Shown in pieces: positions 1-10,697 of a stretch of 64,000 bases of DNA. The translations under genes were made by a program, and so were the position numbers. Each line of letters opens with the position of its first letter. The stretch's first letter is position 1. The stretch lies in the IMG/VR virus record IMGVR_UViG_3300046820_002137, positions 56,574 to 120,573 of that record. One strand, written 5' to 3'. The notes under the pieces were generated by a model. It worked only from the letters and a program-made list of their open reading frames with translations. It had not been told where the DNA came from and ran no database searches. Origin of the DNA: a virus.

Positions 1-303
1 AGCCGCAGTAAAACTACAAACCCAATCAGATGCCGACGACCCAGGGACATCAACATCCGATAATGTAAAAAAATTAAACTTATATACAATTTCACTTAAA
101 TTAATTAATGGTGGAATATCATAATAATCATGACCAAATCTAACAATTTCATAGTCTTTAGGTGAACCGATAATTTCCTCAACCACCTCGTCTTCATAAA
201 TTTCAATACTATCATTTCGGCCATGAAAATCCCATTTAATCTCGATAGGTATATCAATAGATTGGTCTGTTTTTGGTAATATGAATCTATAATTATTATT
301 CAC
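1..303 (-). CDS. hypothetical structural protein, N-terminal part (runs off the window)
   Basis: Own translation: GTG at 303, MNNNYRFILPKTDQSIDIPIEIKWDFHGRNDSIEIYEDEVVEEIIG..., open to base 1; overlaps the stop of the upstream gene. Confidence 0.7.
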   Translation of the reverse strand, partial: MNNNYRFILPKTDQSIDIPIEIKWDFHGRNDSIEIYEDEVVEEIIGSPKDYEIVRFGHDYYDIPPLINLSEIVYKFNFFTLSDVDVPGSSASDWVCSFTAA

Positions 304-2089
304 AGGGGTCTATAAATGGGTCTTCTACATCATTAAATAGTTTATAGTTAGTTCCTTCAGGTATTAATTTAAAAATTAAATTTTTAAATGGATGATGTTT
401 TCCATTCAAAAATGGTTGGTCTACTCCGATTCCGTTGGAATCTATGTAACCATATGAATACAGGTCTCTCCAAACAAAGGTATTTCTATTCTCAGAAAAT
501 GTTGCATAGTTAGGAATATCAACAACATTTCTTGGGTCACCTTCCTCTAAATAATCTGAAAAAGCCCTAATTGGTATAGAATATAACGGTTGATAGAAAT
601 AACCCGGATTAAACTGAAATCCGTTGTCATTTTGCAACACACATGAAAAATTATTATTATTAAACTTAATTTTGTGATATCTATGTGAAATTACTCTTTC
701 GGTTTGTTCATAATCATTCCATTCACATAGGTCACCGTCTATAGTATCACCACTAACAAGAGGATTTGTATATATAAAATCGAATGGAGCCCCACCGGCG
801 TTATTAACATATGGATATGGATTTAAATTATTATAAGTTGTTGTATTTAAATATGTGTTAGAGTTTGGGGATGCCCACCATGTTGATGGTACCCCTGCCA
901 TTGGAACTAATGGTAGGTTAAAGTCAAACCCCCATCTTAACCCCTCAGTCCACCCCATATATCCTTTCCAAATTACAGTTACGAATAATTCAGATACCGG
1001 TCTTTTTTGATTGTCTATTAATTTATTTAAATCAAAATCTTTATTAAAACTCAACGTATAAGTATCAGAACCTTCTTTCAAAGAAATTCTACCAACATTA
1101 TTTGGGGTTCTTGCAGGATATTCATACTTTTTTTCATTTTTGAATGGATTAGTTTCAAATCCTGAATTTACTAAAACAATATCTTCAGGATTATTCAAAA
1201 TAATGTGTTTTCTTATATAATATTTGGACTTGGATTCTACAGGTGCATTTTGTAAAATAACTCTTTTTGCAGTACCTTGTACTCCTGGATTGAATGTACC
1301 TCCTAAAAACCCAACATTAATTATGTTAAATATATATAAATCACTTTCGTAAGTTCCATCACCTAAAGAATAAACTTGGAATAAATTGTTACCTAAATAA
1401 TCAAAACTTAATTCCACAAATTCACCAACATTAAACCCATGCTTTACAGGACATACAAATGTAATTAACCTCCTACCGCTTAAAGTCGTGTCTCTTATAT
1501 AAAAAGGTATTCCGTCAGCCACGTCCCAATTTAAATTATGAACAGTAGTACCATCATAAAGAATGGCGTTTAATGCTTCATTAACAATATTTTCATAAGG
1601 ATAACTTATATAAAAACTCCAATTATAAGATGATGCACTTTTAGCTTGTAATATTTGATGATATTCAGGTGGCGTTCCTGAATCAGGTGCCGTGTAACCT
1701 AAAAAATTATAATCAGTTCGAATAAAACTAAACTCATCGTACCCAGGAAATCCAGCCCATAAAGTTGGTGATGTGCCTCCCGTACATTGTATTTGAGCAT
1801 CAATATTTCCATTAACATAATACAAACTATTTATAAATGGTTCATATGCACTTACACCTGTGTATGAATTTTTAAATATAAAAGTAAGTTTAGACGCTGG
1901 TCTAAAAGTTGTGGATTTTTGTCTTTCTCTATCAAAAACAATTTGTAAATCAATATCAACACTTCTATCGTATTCCGTTAGTTCTTTAACAGTTTGTACA
2001 AAAGGTACCTTGATTGAAAAATCAACGTCAACGGCACTTTTATATCTCAAAGAACCTAATAAAAGTCTGATTTCTTGTTGATTACCCAT
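296..2089 (-). CDS. hypothetical virion/baseplate-associated protein (597 aa)
   Basis: Long ORF, aromatic/Asn-rich beta-type composition, TAATG-coupled to the upstream gene, in the baseplate operon. Confidence 0.5.
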   Translation of the reverse strand: MGNQQEIRLLLGSLRYKSAVDVDFSIKVPFVQTVKELTEYDRSVDIDLQIVFDRERQKSTTFRPASKLTFIFKNSYTGVSAYEPFINSLYYVNGNIDAQIQCTGGTSPTLWAGFPGYDEFSFIRTDYNFLGYTAPDSGTPPEYHQILQAKSASSYNWSFYISYPYENIVNEALNAILYDGTTVHNLNWDVADGIPFYIRDTTLSGRRLITFVCPVKHGFNVGEFVELSFDYLGNNLFQVYSLGDGTYESDLYIFNIINVGFLGGTFNPGVQGTAKRVILQNAPVESKSKYYIRKHIILNNPEDIVLVNSGFETNPFKNEKKYEYPARTPNNVGRISLKEGSDTYTLSFNKDFDLNKLIDNQKRPVSELFVTVIWKGYMGWTEGLRWGFDFNLPLVPMAGVPSTWWASPNSNTYLNTTTYNNLNPYPYVNNAGGAPFDFIYTNPLVSGDTIDGDLCEWNDYEQTERVISHRYHKIKFNNNNFSCVLQNDNGFQFNPGYFYQPLYSIPIRAFSDYLEEGDPRNVVDIPNYATFSENRNTFVWRDLYSYGYIDSNGIGVDQPFLNGKHHPFKNLIFKLIPEGTNYKLFNDVEDPFIDPCE

Positions 2090-5000
2090 TAAAATTCATA
2101 AACATCAGTTTTTATCCACTTAACCAAAAATCTATCGTAAGCAGTTTTACCTAAGCTTATACCAAAGTAAAAATAATAGGGACCAGATGATGTAAAAGTT
2201 CGGTTACTATTACCTGGTGGTAATGGAGGTTCTGGGTCAATTTCTCCGGCCGGATTTACGTTGAATATATAGGCTTTATTATAAGTATACAGAGTCGGGT
2301 TTTCGGGATGCATAAAATCCGAATCCGGGGAAGATGCACCTAATCTGTCAAATTCTTGATAATACGAATCAAAAAATACGGGAGATGGGTCAGTGGCCCA
2401 ATCATTATCTTGGTCACCAAAAATACTATCGTCATCTGAATTTTGTTTTATTATCCACTGATAAATTGGAACTCTTTGTGAAAATATTGGTATGTCATTG
2501 TATACACATGGATTTGACAAATCACCTGTTGGGGTAACAACCAATCTATGAGGTGAAATCCAATCTCTTAATTGAACTTCTTCTTTATAGAATATTCCAA
2601 AAACGTTATTTCTAGCACCTGAGGAGTTTAAAAAAACCGAACTAGTAGGTACAATTGGAATTGAGTTTGGTTCAGAACCATAGTATTCGTCAGGGTCAAA
2701 TTCTTTAATCCCTATTTGTGAGTTTATGGCAACCATTTGAGCGTAGTCACCATCGACTTTTTTAAACCCTCTATCATTAAATAACCTTTGAATCATGTCG
2801 GTAGCGACCCCTGCAGCCCCGCCACCTAATATAGCCGCAAATTGTTCTAAAATTAAACCCGCAATACTCCTACTAAGTAATCTAGACAAGAAAAATTGAC
2901 TTATTAATTCTGAAACATCTTTAAACGAGGTATGATATAAACGATTCATAACGTATCCATCGTATCTCGGGTCCAAAACCAATTCACTAGTATATTTGGT
3001 TCTAGGTCCCATATCCAAAATTGTAGTTGGATTTTGTAACAATTTAACATTTGCACCAGATGAGTCCTCGAATTCAATATCAAATGGACCAAATCCAAAT
3101 GCGTTTGTTTTTCCAACAAATCCGGTTGGGTGTCTGTATGGTGAAGACCTGTAATATAATACATTGGTTTCGTAATCAGGAAATACTAACTGATTACAAG
3201 AACAAATATATGGTGAATTCTCAGGTGGTGGTGTAAATCTTACTTGATTCCTTACTGGATACATAAATAATGTTCCGTTTATCCACTGATTAGTAAACAT
3301 ATGTCCAAATACGTTTCTACAGGCCGCAAAATTCAATTTAATTCTAGCGGACCACTCAAACACCAAATAGAAATCTAAAGGGATTGTTAACATGGGGGCG
3401 GTTACCAATTTATAACATCCGTTTTCGACTATTAGGTCTCTTTGTGGAGGACTTATACTAATATTACCTAAATTAACAACATTTCGATAACAATCGTTAT
3501 TAGTGTCAGGTTCTAATATTATCATACCATCACTATCGGTACTATAACATCGTAAAGGTGCTAATCCCGCACAATCCAAAGATTCCGCAACATTGTTAGG
3601 TAACGCCGGATTATTTTGTAATTCTGTCAAGTTGTCCGCAGCAGCACCAGCGTCTCCTGTTCCGGGTGGGGATGACGCTGAGGATACTAATCCATTATCA
3701 TTAACAGTGTTAACTGCTAATAAATTATTCGCCATTAAAGGATAACTAATTTCTATATAATGCCCTGTGGGTGTACTTGTACCATCACAATATAACATAG
3801 TACTTGACATAAATAATCTGTCCGACCTCATTACAATCCTTTCTGAATTATCAAAAATCATGTCCTCAATAAACGCAGGGTCATTGTTATATGGAACACA
3901 GTAATATGCCGAAAAAGGTGGACTAGCCTCAAATCCATTAGACCAATTATATATCGGTGGGGTATTGAATACAAAAGTAGTGGCATCAAATGGTGAGTAT
4001 GACGCCGCTAATCTAGAGTCATTAGTATAAACATATGAACCTCCTTCAACTATTTCATTAAGAAAATACCCCTTACAAGCTCTACCATTTGTGGTTGTAT
4101 TATAAAATAAACCATTATTAGAAAATAAATCACCTGTAGTGTAAACGTCAGGTGCTATTGATGGGTAGGAATTGGAGCCACCATAAGGTCGATAGAAAGG
4201 AGAAATTGGTAACGGTTCAACCGAATTCCAAAAATCTCTAGTCATCCTATTATTACTTATAATTCTCAAAGTACCACTAGGTCCTAAAGTCTCAACAGCA
4301 GGGGGCCATCCGTCAATAGTATTTGTATAATATGTAGAATCCATTCTTGAGTAAGTTGTTGTAGCACTAGATGTGAATGTTTGAAATAAACTAGGGTCTA
4401 AGGATAGTTCATATGATGGATGAAACAAATATTCACCAGGTGTATACACATCAGCACTACCATTAGAACCTAAATGTCTAACACACTTAAATCCTCCTTG
4501 GATTGGTATATTTAATTTAAAATTATCTTCAACAATATAAAATGGGTCGGCAGCCCATGCGGAATTAAAATCGGTGTCAACCCCGTACAATCTACTAATA
4601 TCAAATCGGCATCTTTGTCTTGTTGAGTATGGGTCAACCCCTCTTACTAAAAAAATTAATTTCTGTAATGAAAAATCTTTAAGACAAGTAAAACCTAAGT
4701 TACCACTAGCACCGTACGTAGTGAACGGAAAGACCCAAGTAGGGGGATAATCGAACGGGGGAATTGGGGGAATTGTAAACGGATAACTATTATCCACACC
4801 GGCAACATCCGTTCTAAAAAGATACTGGAATGTGGTCATATCACTATTCATTACTCGGTTATATAGTGTTCCAGGAAAAGGGTTACCCACCGCTTGAGCT
4901 CTCGCCATATATTCTCCAACAGTTGTGTTGTGAATAACTTGGAAGTATTCAACATCCATTTGAAATTTAGCATAATTATTGTTAGTTCTTGCAGTCAAGT

Positions 5001-7638
5001 TATAGTAAGTTGGATTATTACCAGTACCATCCGGTCTTGCCCATAATACTTCAGCATTATCTATTTGGTAATATAATATATCATCATCTGTAGGATTTCC
5101 GGGGTCATTAATCTCAATTACCGGAGTTCCTCTTGTTGACCCAGTAATTGCTCTATTATTAAACTGATTATCATTGGTTAGGCCAGTTAAATTTGGGTCT
5201 TGTGAATTTGTAGGTTCAATAAAAGATACCATTTGACCTACATTCCAATTTACAGATGGTTTAGCCATCAATATTATCACATTATCTAAGTGCCATTTAC
5301 TAATACCATTCCCAGGTAAATCAATTGCAAAAGACGCCTTTATTCTATTATACCCTCCTCCAGGATTAAAAGCGCTTTCATCAAAATACTTAGCTTTGGT
5401 ATTTAAAATATTAAGTCTTTCCCAGAAAGGTAAACTTGGAGAGTATATAAATTCAAATCCCGGTTCATCATCAATCTCAAATGGTACAGGATATGGTGCT
5501 CTAGATATTTCACTTCCATTATATGGTCTTCCCGCAATTATTAATCCATATGCGGCATCAGGATTTCCGGCCGGGCAAATTCTCCAATTTGAAGGTTGGA
5601 AAAATGGGGTGATGAAGGTTGATGCTCCTATTTGGTTTGCCGTATTTAATAAGTCAGCTCCTGCCGATGAAACCGAGCCAACACTAGTTTGACTACCACC
5701 ATCTTGTGCCGGTTCATCACATGAGCACATTTCACAATTAGGATAGGTTAACATTGGTAGGTTCATTGACCCATTTCGACATCTATCTTCGAAGTCATCA
5801 GCAATACCTTGGAATTTGTCGCACACCCTAGATAATGTATCACATAATCCACTTAAAAATCCAAATGGGGTTATATTTAAAAAAGAAGTTCCAGCAATAG
5901 AACAAATACCATCCGCAATTGCACATATAAAACCAGCAATACCTTCCATAACCACCCAAAGAATACACACAATCAAACCAACTATATGTTTTAAAAGTAT
6001 TACTGCAAATAATATTGGTGTGAAAATTCCTAATATAAATGTGAACAATATATATATTATATCGTTTTGGAACATACCGTCGTTTGCGGGAAACTTATTG
6101 TGAGTACCCTCACATTCCTCATTCAAAATATCTTTAATCGCAATTATTTTATATCTATTCAAACCACCTCTATGTTCGGAAATCATTTGTGACACAGTAT
6201 AAACTTTACTGTGAATCATTTCATAAAATCTGTCTTCACAATTAACCGCCTCATCAACCATAAGTAATCCGGTTGGAGTTAGGTTACCTCCTGAGTCGGT
6301 CTCTCCATATTCATTCCAATCCAAACTAAAAGCATAAGATGCTCTAACCTGTTTATACTGAGGACTAGCCAATAAAGTAGTTGTTGGTGCAATACACCCT
6401 ACAAAAGCTTCAGTTAAGAAGTTAGCATCTTGTATTGATGGGTCTTGGTCATAAGAATCCCAACCCCATTCTTTAATGTTTGGTACCAAAAAAGCGCCTC
6501 TAATAACTTCATTAGACAGTGAAGGCGCTTGTTCCCATTTAACTTTAAACCTATATTTTCCTTTTGTTGGTATACCTACGTTAGGGTCGTTAGAAATTTG
6601 TCTATTACCAAATTCATCAGTATAAACATAATCTAAATTCATAGGTACATCTATTAACCATGTCCCATTTTCGTCTACACATTTACCTCCATTTTCTAAT
6701 TCATAGGTTTCAAGTACAGGTCTTCCGTCTGAATCTATATTTATAGTTTGTCTTATTGACAATAGTTCCCCAGGACCTGTAATTAAATTACACAAATTTC
6801 CAATTTTTTTTCTAGCCTTACAGTTTCTTTTCACCGCCTCTTTATCAACATTAGAAAATATTGACCCCATAAAAATAGCCGCGGGTTCTATTTTGATACC
6901 AAATTCTTGTGATAAATCAAAATCTATTCTTGTAATACCTAAATAACATATTTCAGGTTGTCCCCATAATGGAACTACTTCAATAGTTCTATTTGATTGT
7001 TTTATTTGTGGTAGTTCTCCTAAATTTGTAGACGCTCTAAATTCAGTTCCTGATACTTGCTGTTCATTAGCTAAATTAAGTCTTATCATATCCTGTGGTG
7101 ATAATGAAAATTCACCAATATCCGATAAGTCAACATCTAAGTGAACTATTTGAGTACCGACAGGTACTCCAAATAACATAAAGTCACCACTATCATTTGT
7201 TTTAGTCGTATATTTATAATATTTTTCAAAAACCTCGGAAACTTCAGGTATAATTAAAACGTCTTCCCTCGATGGAAAAGTACCTGTTGGTATATGACCT
7301 CCGTGTGATTTTTCATAAGGAAGTAAATTATAACGATATCCGTCATCATTTAAGTCATTGAGGGTCTTATATGGATAAATGTCATTGAGCGTAGGATTAT
7401 TTTCATCACTATCTGATAATGGTATAAAGATTGAAACCTTGGCGTTTGGTATTCCAAGTCCATTATTGGCACTTACCCTGCCTACCACAACTCCATAATC
7501 AGAACATTGTCTAGTATAAATTTGACTTTGTAATATTTTTAAAGAAAGAATCTCTAACGACTCAAAATCCTGTTCTAACGCTATGTTTAGTGCTTTGTCA
7601 ACACCAATTTTAGTCCTTAATCTATATGAATTACCCAT
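2089..7638 (-). CDS. large structural protein (1849 aa), N-terminal carboxypeptidase-regulatory-like beta-sandwich and internal hydrophobic helices
   Basis: GVVVGRV..NGLGIPNAKVSIF and TKTNDSGDFMLFGVPVG pattern; hydrophobic run IIYILFTFILGIF...; follows the baseplate wedge gene. Confidence 0.55.
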   Translation of the reverse strand: MGNSYRLRTKIGVDKALNIALEQDFESLEILSLKILQSQIYTRQCSDYGVVVGRVSANNGLGIPNAKVSIFIPLSDSDENNPTLNDIYPYKTLNDLNDDGYRYNLLPYEKSHGGHIPTGTFPSREDVLIIPEVSEVFEKYYKYTTKTNDSGDFMLFGVPVGTQIVHLDVDLSDIGEFSLSPQDMIRLNLANEQQVSGTEFRASTNLGELPQIKQSNRTIEVVPLWGQPEICYLGITRIDFDLSQEFGIKIEPAAIFMGSIFSNVDKEAVKRNCKARKKIGNLCNLITGPGELLSIRQTINIDSDGRPVLETYELENGGKCVDENGTWLIDVPMNLDYVYTDEFGNRQISNDPNVGIPTKGKYRFKVKWEQAPSLSNEVIRGAFLVPNIKEWGWDSYDQDPSIQDANFLTEAFVGCIAPTTTLLASPQYKQVRASYAFSLDWNEYGETDSGGNLTPTGLLMVDEAVNCEDRFYEMIHSKVYTVSQMISEHRGGLNRYKIIAIKDILNEECEGTHNKFPANDGMFQNDIIYILFTFILGIFTPILFAVILLKHIVGLIVCILWVVMEGIAGFICAIADGICSIAGTSFLNITPFGFLSGLCDTLSRVCDKFQGIADDFEDRCRNGSMNLPMLTYPNCEMCSCDEPAQDGGSQTSVGSVSSAGADLLNTANQIGASTFITPFFQPSNWRICPAGNPDAAYGLIIAGRPYNGSEISRAPYPVPFEIDDEPGFEFIYSPSLPFWERLNILNTKAKYFDESAFNPGGGYNRIKASFAIDLPGNGISKWHLDNVIILMAKPSVNWNVGQMVSFIEPTNSQDPNLTGLTNDNQFNNRAITGSTRGTPVIEINDPGNPTDDDILYYQIDNAEVLWARPDGTGNNPTYYNLTARTNNNYAKFQMDVEYFQVIHNTTVGEYMARAQAVGNPFPGTLYNRVMNSDMTTFQYLFRTDVAGVDNSYPFTIPPIPPFDYPPTWVFPFTTYGASGNLGFTCLKDFSLQKLIFLVRGVDPYSTRQRCRFDISRLYGVDTDFNSAWAADPFYIVEDNFKLNIPIQGGFKCVRHLGSNGSADVYTPGEYLFHPSYELSLDPSLFQTFTSSATTTYSRMDSTYYTNTIDGWPPAVETLGPSGTLRIISNNRMTRDFWNSVEPLPISPFYRPYGGSNSYPSIAPDVYTTGDLFSNNGLFYNTTTNGRACKGYFLNEIVEGGSYVYTNDSRLAASYSPFDATTFVFNTPPIYNWSNGFEASPPFSAYYCVPYNNDPAFIEDMIFDNSERIVMRSDRLFMSSTMLYCDGTSTPTGHYIEISYPLMANNLLAVNTVNDNGLVSSASSPPGTGDAGAAADNLTELQNNPALPNNVAESLDCAGLAPLRCYSTDSDGMIILEPDTNNDCYRNVVNLGNISISPPQRDLIVENGCYKLVTAPMLTIPLDFYLVFEWSARIKLNFAACRNVFGHMFTNQWINGTLFMYPVRNQVRFTPPPENSPYICSCNQLVFPDYETNVLYYRSSPYRHPTGFVGKTNAFGFGPFDIEFEDSSGANVKLLQNPTTILDMGPRTKYTSELVLDPRYDGYVMNRLYHTSFKDVSELISQFFLSRLLSRSIAGLILEQFAAILGGGAAGVATDMIQRLFNDRGFKKVDGDYAQMVAINSQIGIKEFDPDEYYGSEPNSIPIVPTSSVFLNSSGARNNVFGIFYKEEVQLRDWISPHRLVVTPTGDLSNPCVYNDIPIFSQRVPIYQWIIKQNSDDDSIFGDQDNDWATDPSPVFFDSYYQEFDRLGASSPDSDFMHPENPTLYTYNKAYIFNVNPAGEIDPEPPLPPGNSNRTFTSSGPYYFYFGISLGKTAYDRFLVKWIKTDVYEF

Positions 7639-7711
7639 TAAACACTTTTTTCATAAATAGTTTATTTGCCACTTTACTAGAAGATAGTTTATTATCGGGC
7701 AAAATAAATTA

Positions 7712-9550
7712 TCAAGAAAAATTGACTGTAGAAAGATTCTTTACTCTAATATTAATATCCTTACTAGGGAATCTAACTTGATACGTCTGACTAGGTTCCG
7801 CAAATATTGTATCATCCACAAGTTCAATCTGTCTTGTTAGACTGTCAGAATATCTCTGAGAGGTTTGAGACGACGAATAAGAACCTCCAACTTTGTTATA
7901 AACAACAATATCAGATAAAGAAATAACTCCATTTTCACTTTGTATCTGTCTTCTTAATTCTGATATATAAACATTCTCTCCCATTTGTCTATTGGATGGG
8001 TCGAAGAAATCAGAAACTAAATTAATTATGGATGAAATAACCGCTCCTTGATTTTGACTACTGTCTAATACAACATCAATTGTCAAAGATAAATCACAAA
8101 CGTTAGCTGTTTCAACTGAAACATAATCATTAATCATTCTATAATTAGACAAATAATTAGCAACATTATTCTTTAAAGTATTTGATACAATTTCTGTCAA
8201 TTTACCGTTGTCATCATATGACAACATCTTTATTCTTATTTTATTATTATCTTCAGTAATTGCCACTTTAGCCGGAGCTCCGAACTGAGATGGCATTGTT
8301 CTTATTATTGAGTCATAATCATTAACCGTAACCGCCCTGTTCTGTGCCGCAAAGTTAAAACTTACTAAGTTTCTAACCTCCTCAGTTGTTGGTGCCGCCG
8401 CACCACCAATAGCCGCAGTAACATTTGTACATCTTAATGAATTAATAACCGTATTATTTATAGAATCTGATGGTCCGTTAACAAAGAATGATACTGTACC
8501 TAATTGTGTAATAACATTAACACCTAAGTTACTATTAGCCCCACCACCAATTCTATATTGTACAAAAATAGTTGAGTTAGATTTCAATGTACTTCCTAAT
8601 GCAAAATTATTCGAGTATTTATACAAATCTAATTTATATCCATTACGGGCGAACTCTCTTAATTGTTCATCCGCAGATTGACTACCTCCACCAAATGTCA
8701 TTTTCAAAAATCCTTCGGGTGTATATTCGGTAATAAATTTACTATTTGTTGTTATATATTTTCCAACTTTAATTCCTGGCCTATCTGTCTTTTTTGTAGG
8801 GTCTTCTATAAAAACTCTATCCTCCGCCAAAGCTTTGACTTCGTACCATCTATTATCAGAACCTAAAAATTCCTGAGCTGACGGTACATTAGCATACTGA
8901 GTACCGTCTTTTAATAATACTGAAGTCACTCCCAATACATTTTTTTCAGGTAAAAATAATTCATAAAATGGTTTTACATCATTAGGTGTTACTACTTTTT
9001 TGAATACTTTGGTTATACCATTAACTACTGTTTCTCTCTTAACAATAGTATAATTAAGTAACTTGTTATTTGCGTCAAATATTGGAATTTTAAGTCGATT
9101 GGGGTACCCATCAGCACTAACAGGGGAAGCGAAATCTATATCGTAAACTGTTTCAAAAACTTGTCCAGCTCCATTAACCTGTGAACCTCTCCTCAAAATA
9201 CCACAGTATCTCAAGTCTTCTTTATCTCCAAATGCCGGAACTGTGATAGAAAAATCAACAAGAGCAACTGATGGTCTCTGTCCGGGTATTTTGAGTCCGT
9301 AAGTTCTAGCTATGTTATATATTGAGGACCTCTGTTGAGCAAATTGTAAAACCGTTTCCTGTATACTTCTGTCTATGTTGAATTGTAAATTATCTGAAAC
9401 AGCGGCATTTAAGTCCAACAACGCCGAAAATACTGACGCGTCGTTAAAATTACTTACCAAATCAGGATAATAGGTTTGTGTGAAATTTATTAACTCAGTC
9501 CTAATTGATTGGAAATCTCTAGTAGTATACGATATTTTTTTATTTGCCAT
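7712..9550 (-). CDS. baseplate wedge subunit (T4 gp6 / baseplate J-like)
   Basis: YTTRDFQSIRTELI N-terminus; FAAQNRAVTVNDY and GGA...EEVR motifs; next to gp25-like gene. Confidence 0.85.
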   Translation of the reverse strand: MANKKISYTTRDFQSIRTELINFTQTYYPDLVSNFNDASVFSALLDLNAAVSDNLQFNIDRSIQETVLQFAQQRSSIYNIARTYGLKIPGQRPSVALVDFSITVPAFGDKEDLRYCGILRRGSQVNGAGQVFETVYDIDFASPVSADGYPNRLKIPIFDANNKLLNYTIVKRETVVNGITKVFKKVVTPNDVKPFYELFLPEKNVLGVTSVLLKDGTQYANVPSAQEFLGSDNRWYEVKALAEDRVFIEDPTKKTDRPGIKVGKYITTNSKFITEYTPEGFLKMTFGGGSQSADEQLREFARNGYKLDLYKYSNNFALGSTLKSNSTIFVQYRIGGGANSNLGVNVITQLGTVSFFVNGPSDSINNTVINSLRCTNVTAAIGGAAAPTTEEVRNLVSFNFAAQNRAVTVNDYDSIIRTMPSQFGAPAKVAITEDNNKIRIKMLSYDDNGKLTEIVSNTLKNNVANYLSNYRMINDYVSVETANVCDLSLTIDVVLDSSQNQGAVISSIINLVSDFFDPSNRQMGENVYISELRRQIQSENGVISLSDIVVYNKVGGSYSSSQTSQRYSDSLTRQIELVDDTIFAEPSQTYQVRFPSKDINIRVKNLSTVNFS

Positions 9551-9555
9551 ATTAT

Positions 9556-10014
9556 TTAAATATTAATTATAACAAAATCACTAGCATTAAAAACATCACT
9601 ATTAATTCTGTAATCAATTTTTATCTTTGCGGTATGTTCCAAAGTACCTATACCCGGAACTCTAAAAACTCTATCATCATTATCATTAATATATGAACCC
9701 TTATCTTCGTCTCCATCTGAAGCGGGTTTAATATCTATTTTAGTTATTGTAATTCCGGGTATGTATTCACCAACTGAATCTCTAATCTCAGATTCTATTT
9801 CTGAAAATGTTGGTCCATCCAACGGTTCAAATAGATATTCGTACAACCTTGTTCCAAAATCAGGTAAAAAATATCTTGTACCTTTTCTTGTTAATATTAA
9901 ATGAACCAAATCAGTTCTAATTTCCTCATCTTTAGTTGTTGATAAATCAAAATAAGTCCCATTAAAAGAATCTCTAAAAGGAAAATTTATACCGTATGTT
10001 TTTCCGTTTGCCAT
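9556..10014 (-). CDS. baseplate wedge / sheath initiator (GPW/gp25 family)
   Basis: LILTRKGTRYFLPDFGTRLYEYLFEP signature. Confidence 0.9.
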   Translation of the reverse strand: MANGKTYGINFPFRDSFNGTYFDLSTTKDEEIRTDLVHLILTRKGTRYFLPDFGTRLYEYLFEPLDGPTFSEIESEIRDSVGEYIPGITITKIDIKPASDGDEDKGSYINDNDDRVFRVPGIGTLEHTAKIKIDYRINSDVFNASDFVIINI

Positions 10015-10026
10015 TTATAATAAATA

Positions 10027-10650
10027 CTATTCAGTTGATTTTATATTATAATAATAACTATCACCATCTTCGGCGACCCATCTATCTGACAAAGTTTCAA
10101 CTGAAGGTAAATCAGTGTCAACTTTAATCTCTTTTGGTTCTATTGGGAATTTGTTTGTAACCCAATTTGAATCCTTCCAATAAATTCTATTATTGGGTTG
10201 GCACAAAAGATAACCGTCATCACCAATTAAAATGTGACCACACTTATAATCTGAAGGTTCATCAGAATATGGATTTCTGTACCAATCAATCGTCATAAGA
10301 TATGTTGCCCAAATTTTTGAGCCATCCCTTAAAACAACCTGACACCTTTTTTCATATAAATAATCATAAGTTGTTACAGTTACGTTTTCAGAAAAACAAT
10401 CCCATAATTGTTTAAAGTGAAACGGTATGTCGTTAGTCGGTTCCTTCATGAATATTTCAGAAATAGGAACCCTTGACCTCATCATTCCATAATCCGTCAT
10501 TACATGGAATGTTAATATTTTTCCAGCAACTGATTGGACGGCAAAAGCGTAAGCCTTGTGGAATTTATTATCATCTTTAGGATTTTTTGTAAAATGTGAT
10601 ACCCTAACTAAACACTTAAACAATTCAATGTTTTCATTATATACCGCCAT
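10027..10650 (-). CDS. hypothetical phage protein (207 aa)
   Basis: Clean ORF with its own TATTTAT element; motif-like QLWDCFS, YKCGHI, QPNNRI segments. Confidence 0.6.
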   Translation of the reverse strand: MAVYNENIELFKCLVRVSHFTKNPKDDNKFHKAYAFAVQSVAGKILTFHVMTDYGMMRSRVPISEIFMKEPTNDIPFHFKQLWDCFSENVTVTTYDYLYEKRCQVVLRDGSKIWATYLMTIDWYRNPYSDEPSDYKCGHILIGDDGYLLCQPNNRIYWKDSNWVTNKFPIEPKEIKVDTDLPSVETLSDRWVAEDGDSYYYNIKSTE

Positions 10651-10668
10651 ATTAATAAATATCTTAAA

Positions 10669-10694
10669 TAAAAAATCCCGATTACTCGGGATTT
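10669..10694 (-). terminator. intrinsic terminator after nrdA
   Basis: aaatcccga-ttac-tcgggattt inverted repeat (GUAA loop on minus strand) followed by a U-run. Confidence 0.8.
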
Positions 10695-10697
10695 ATT

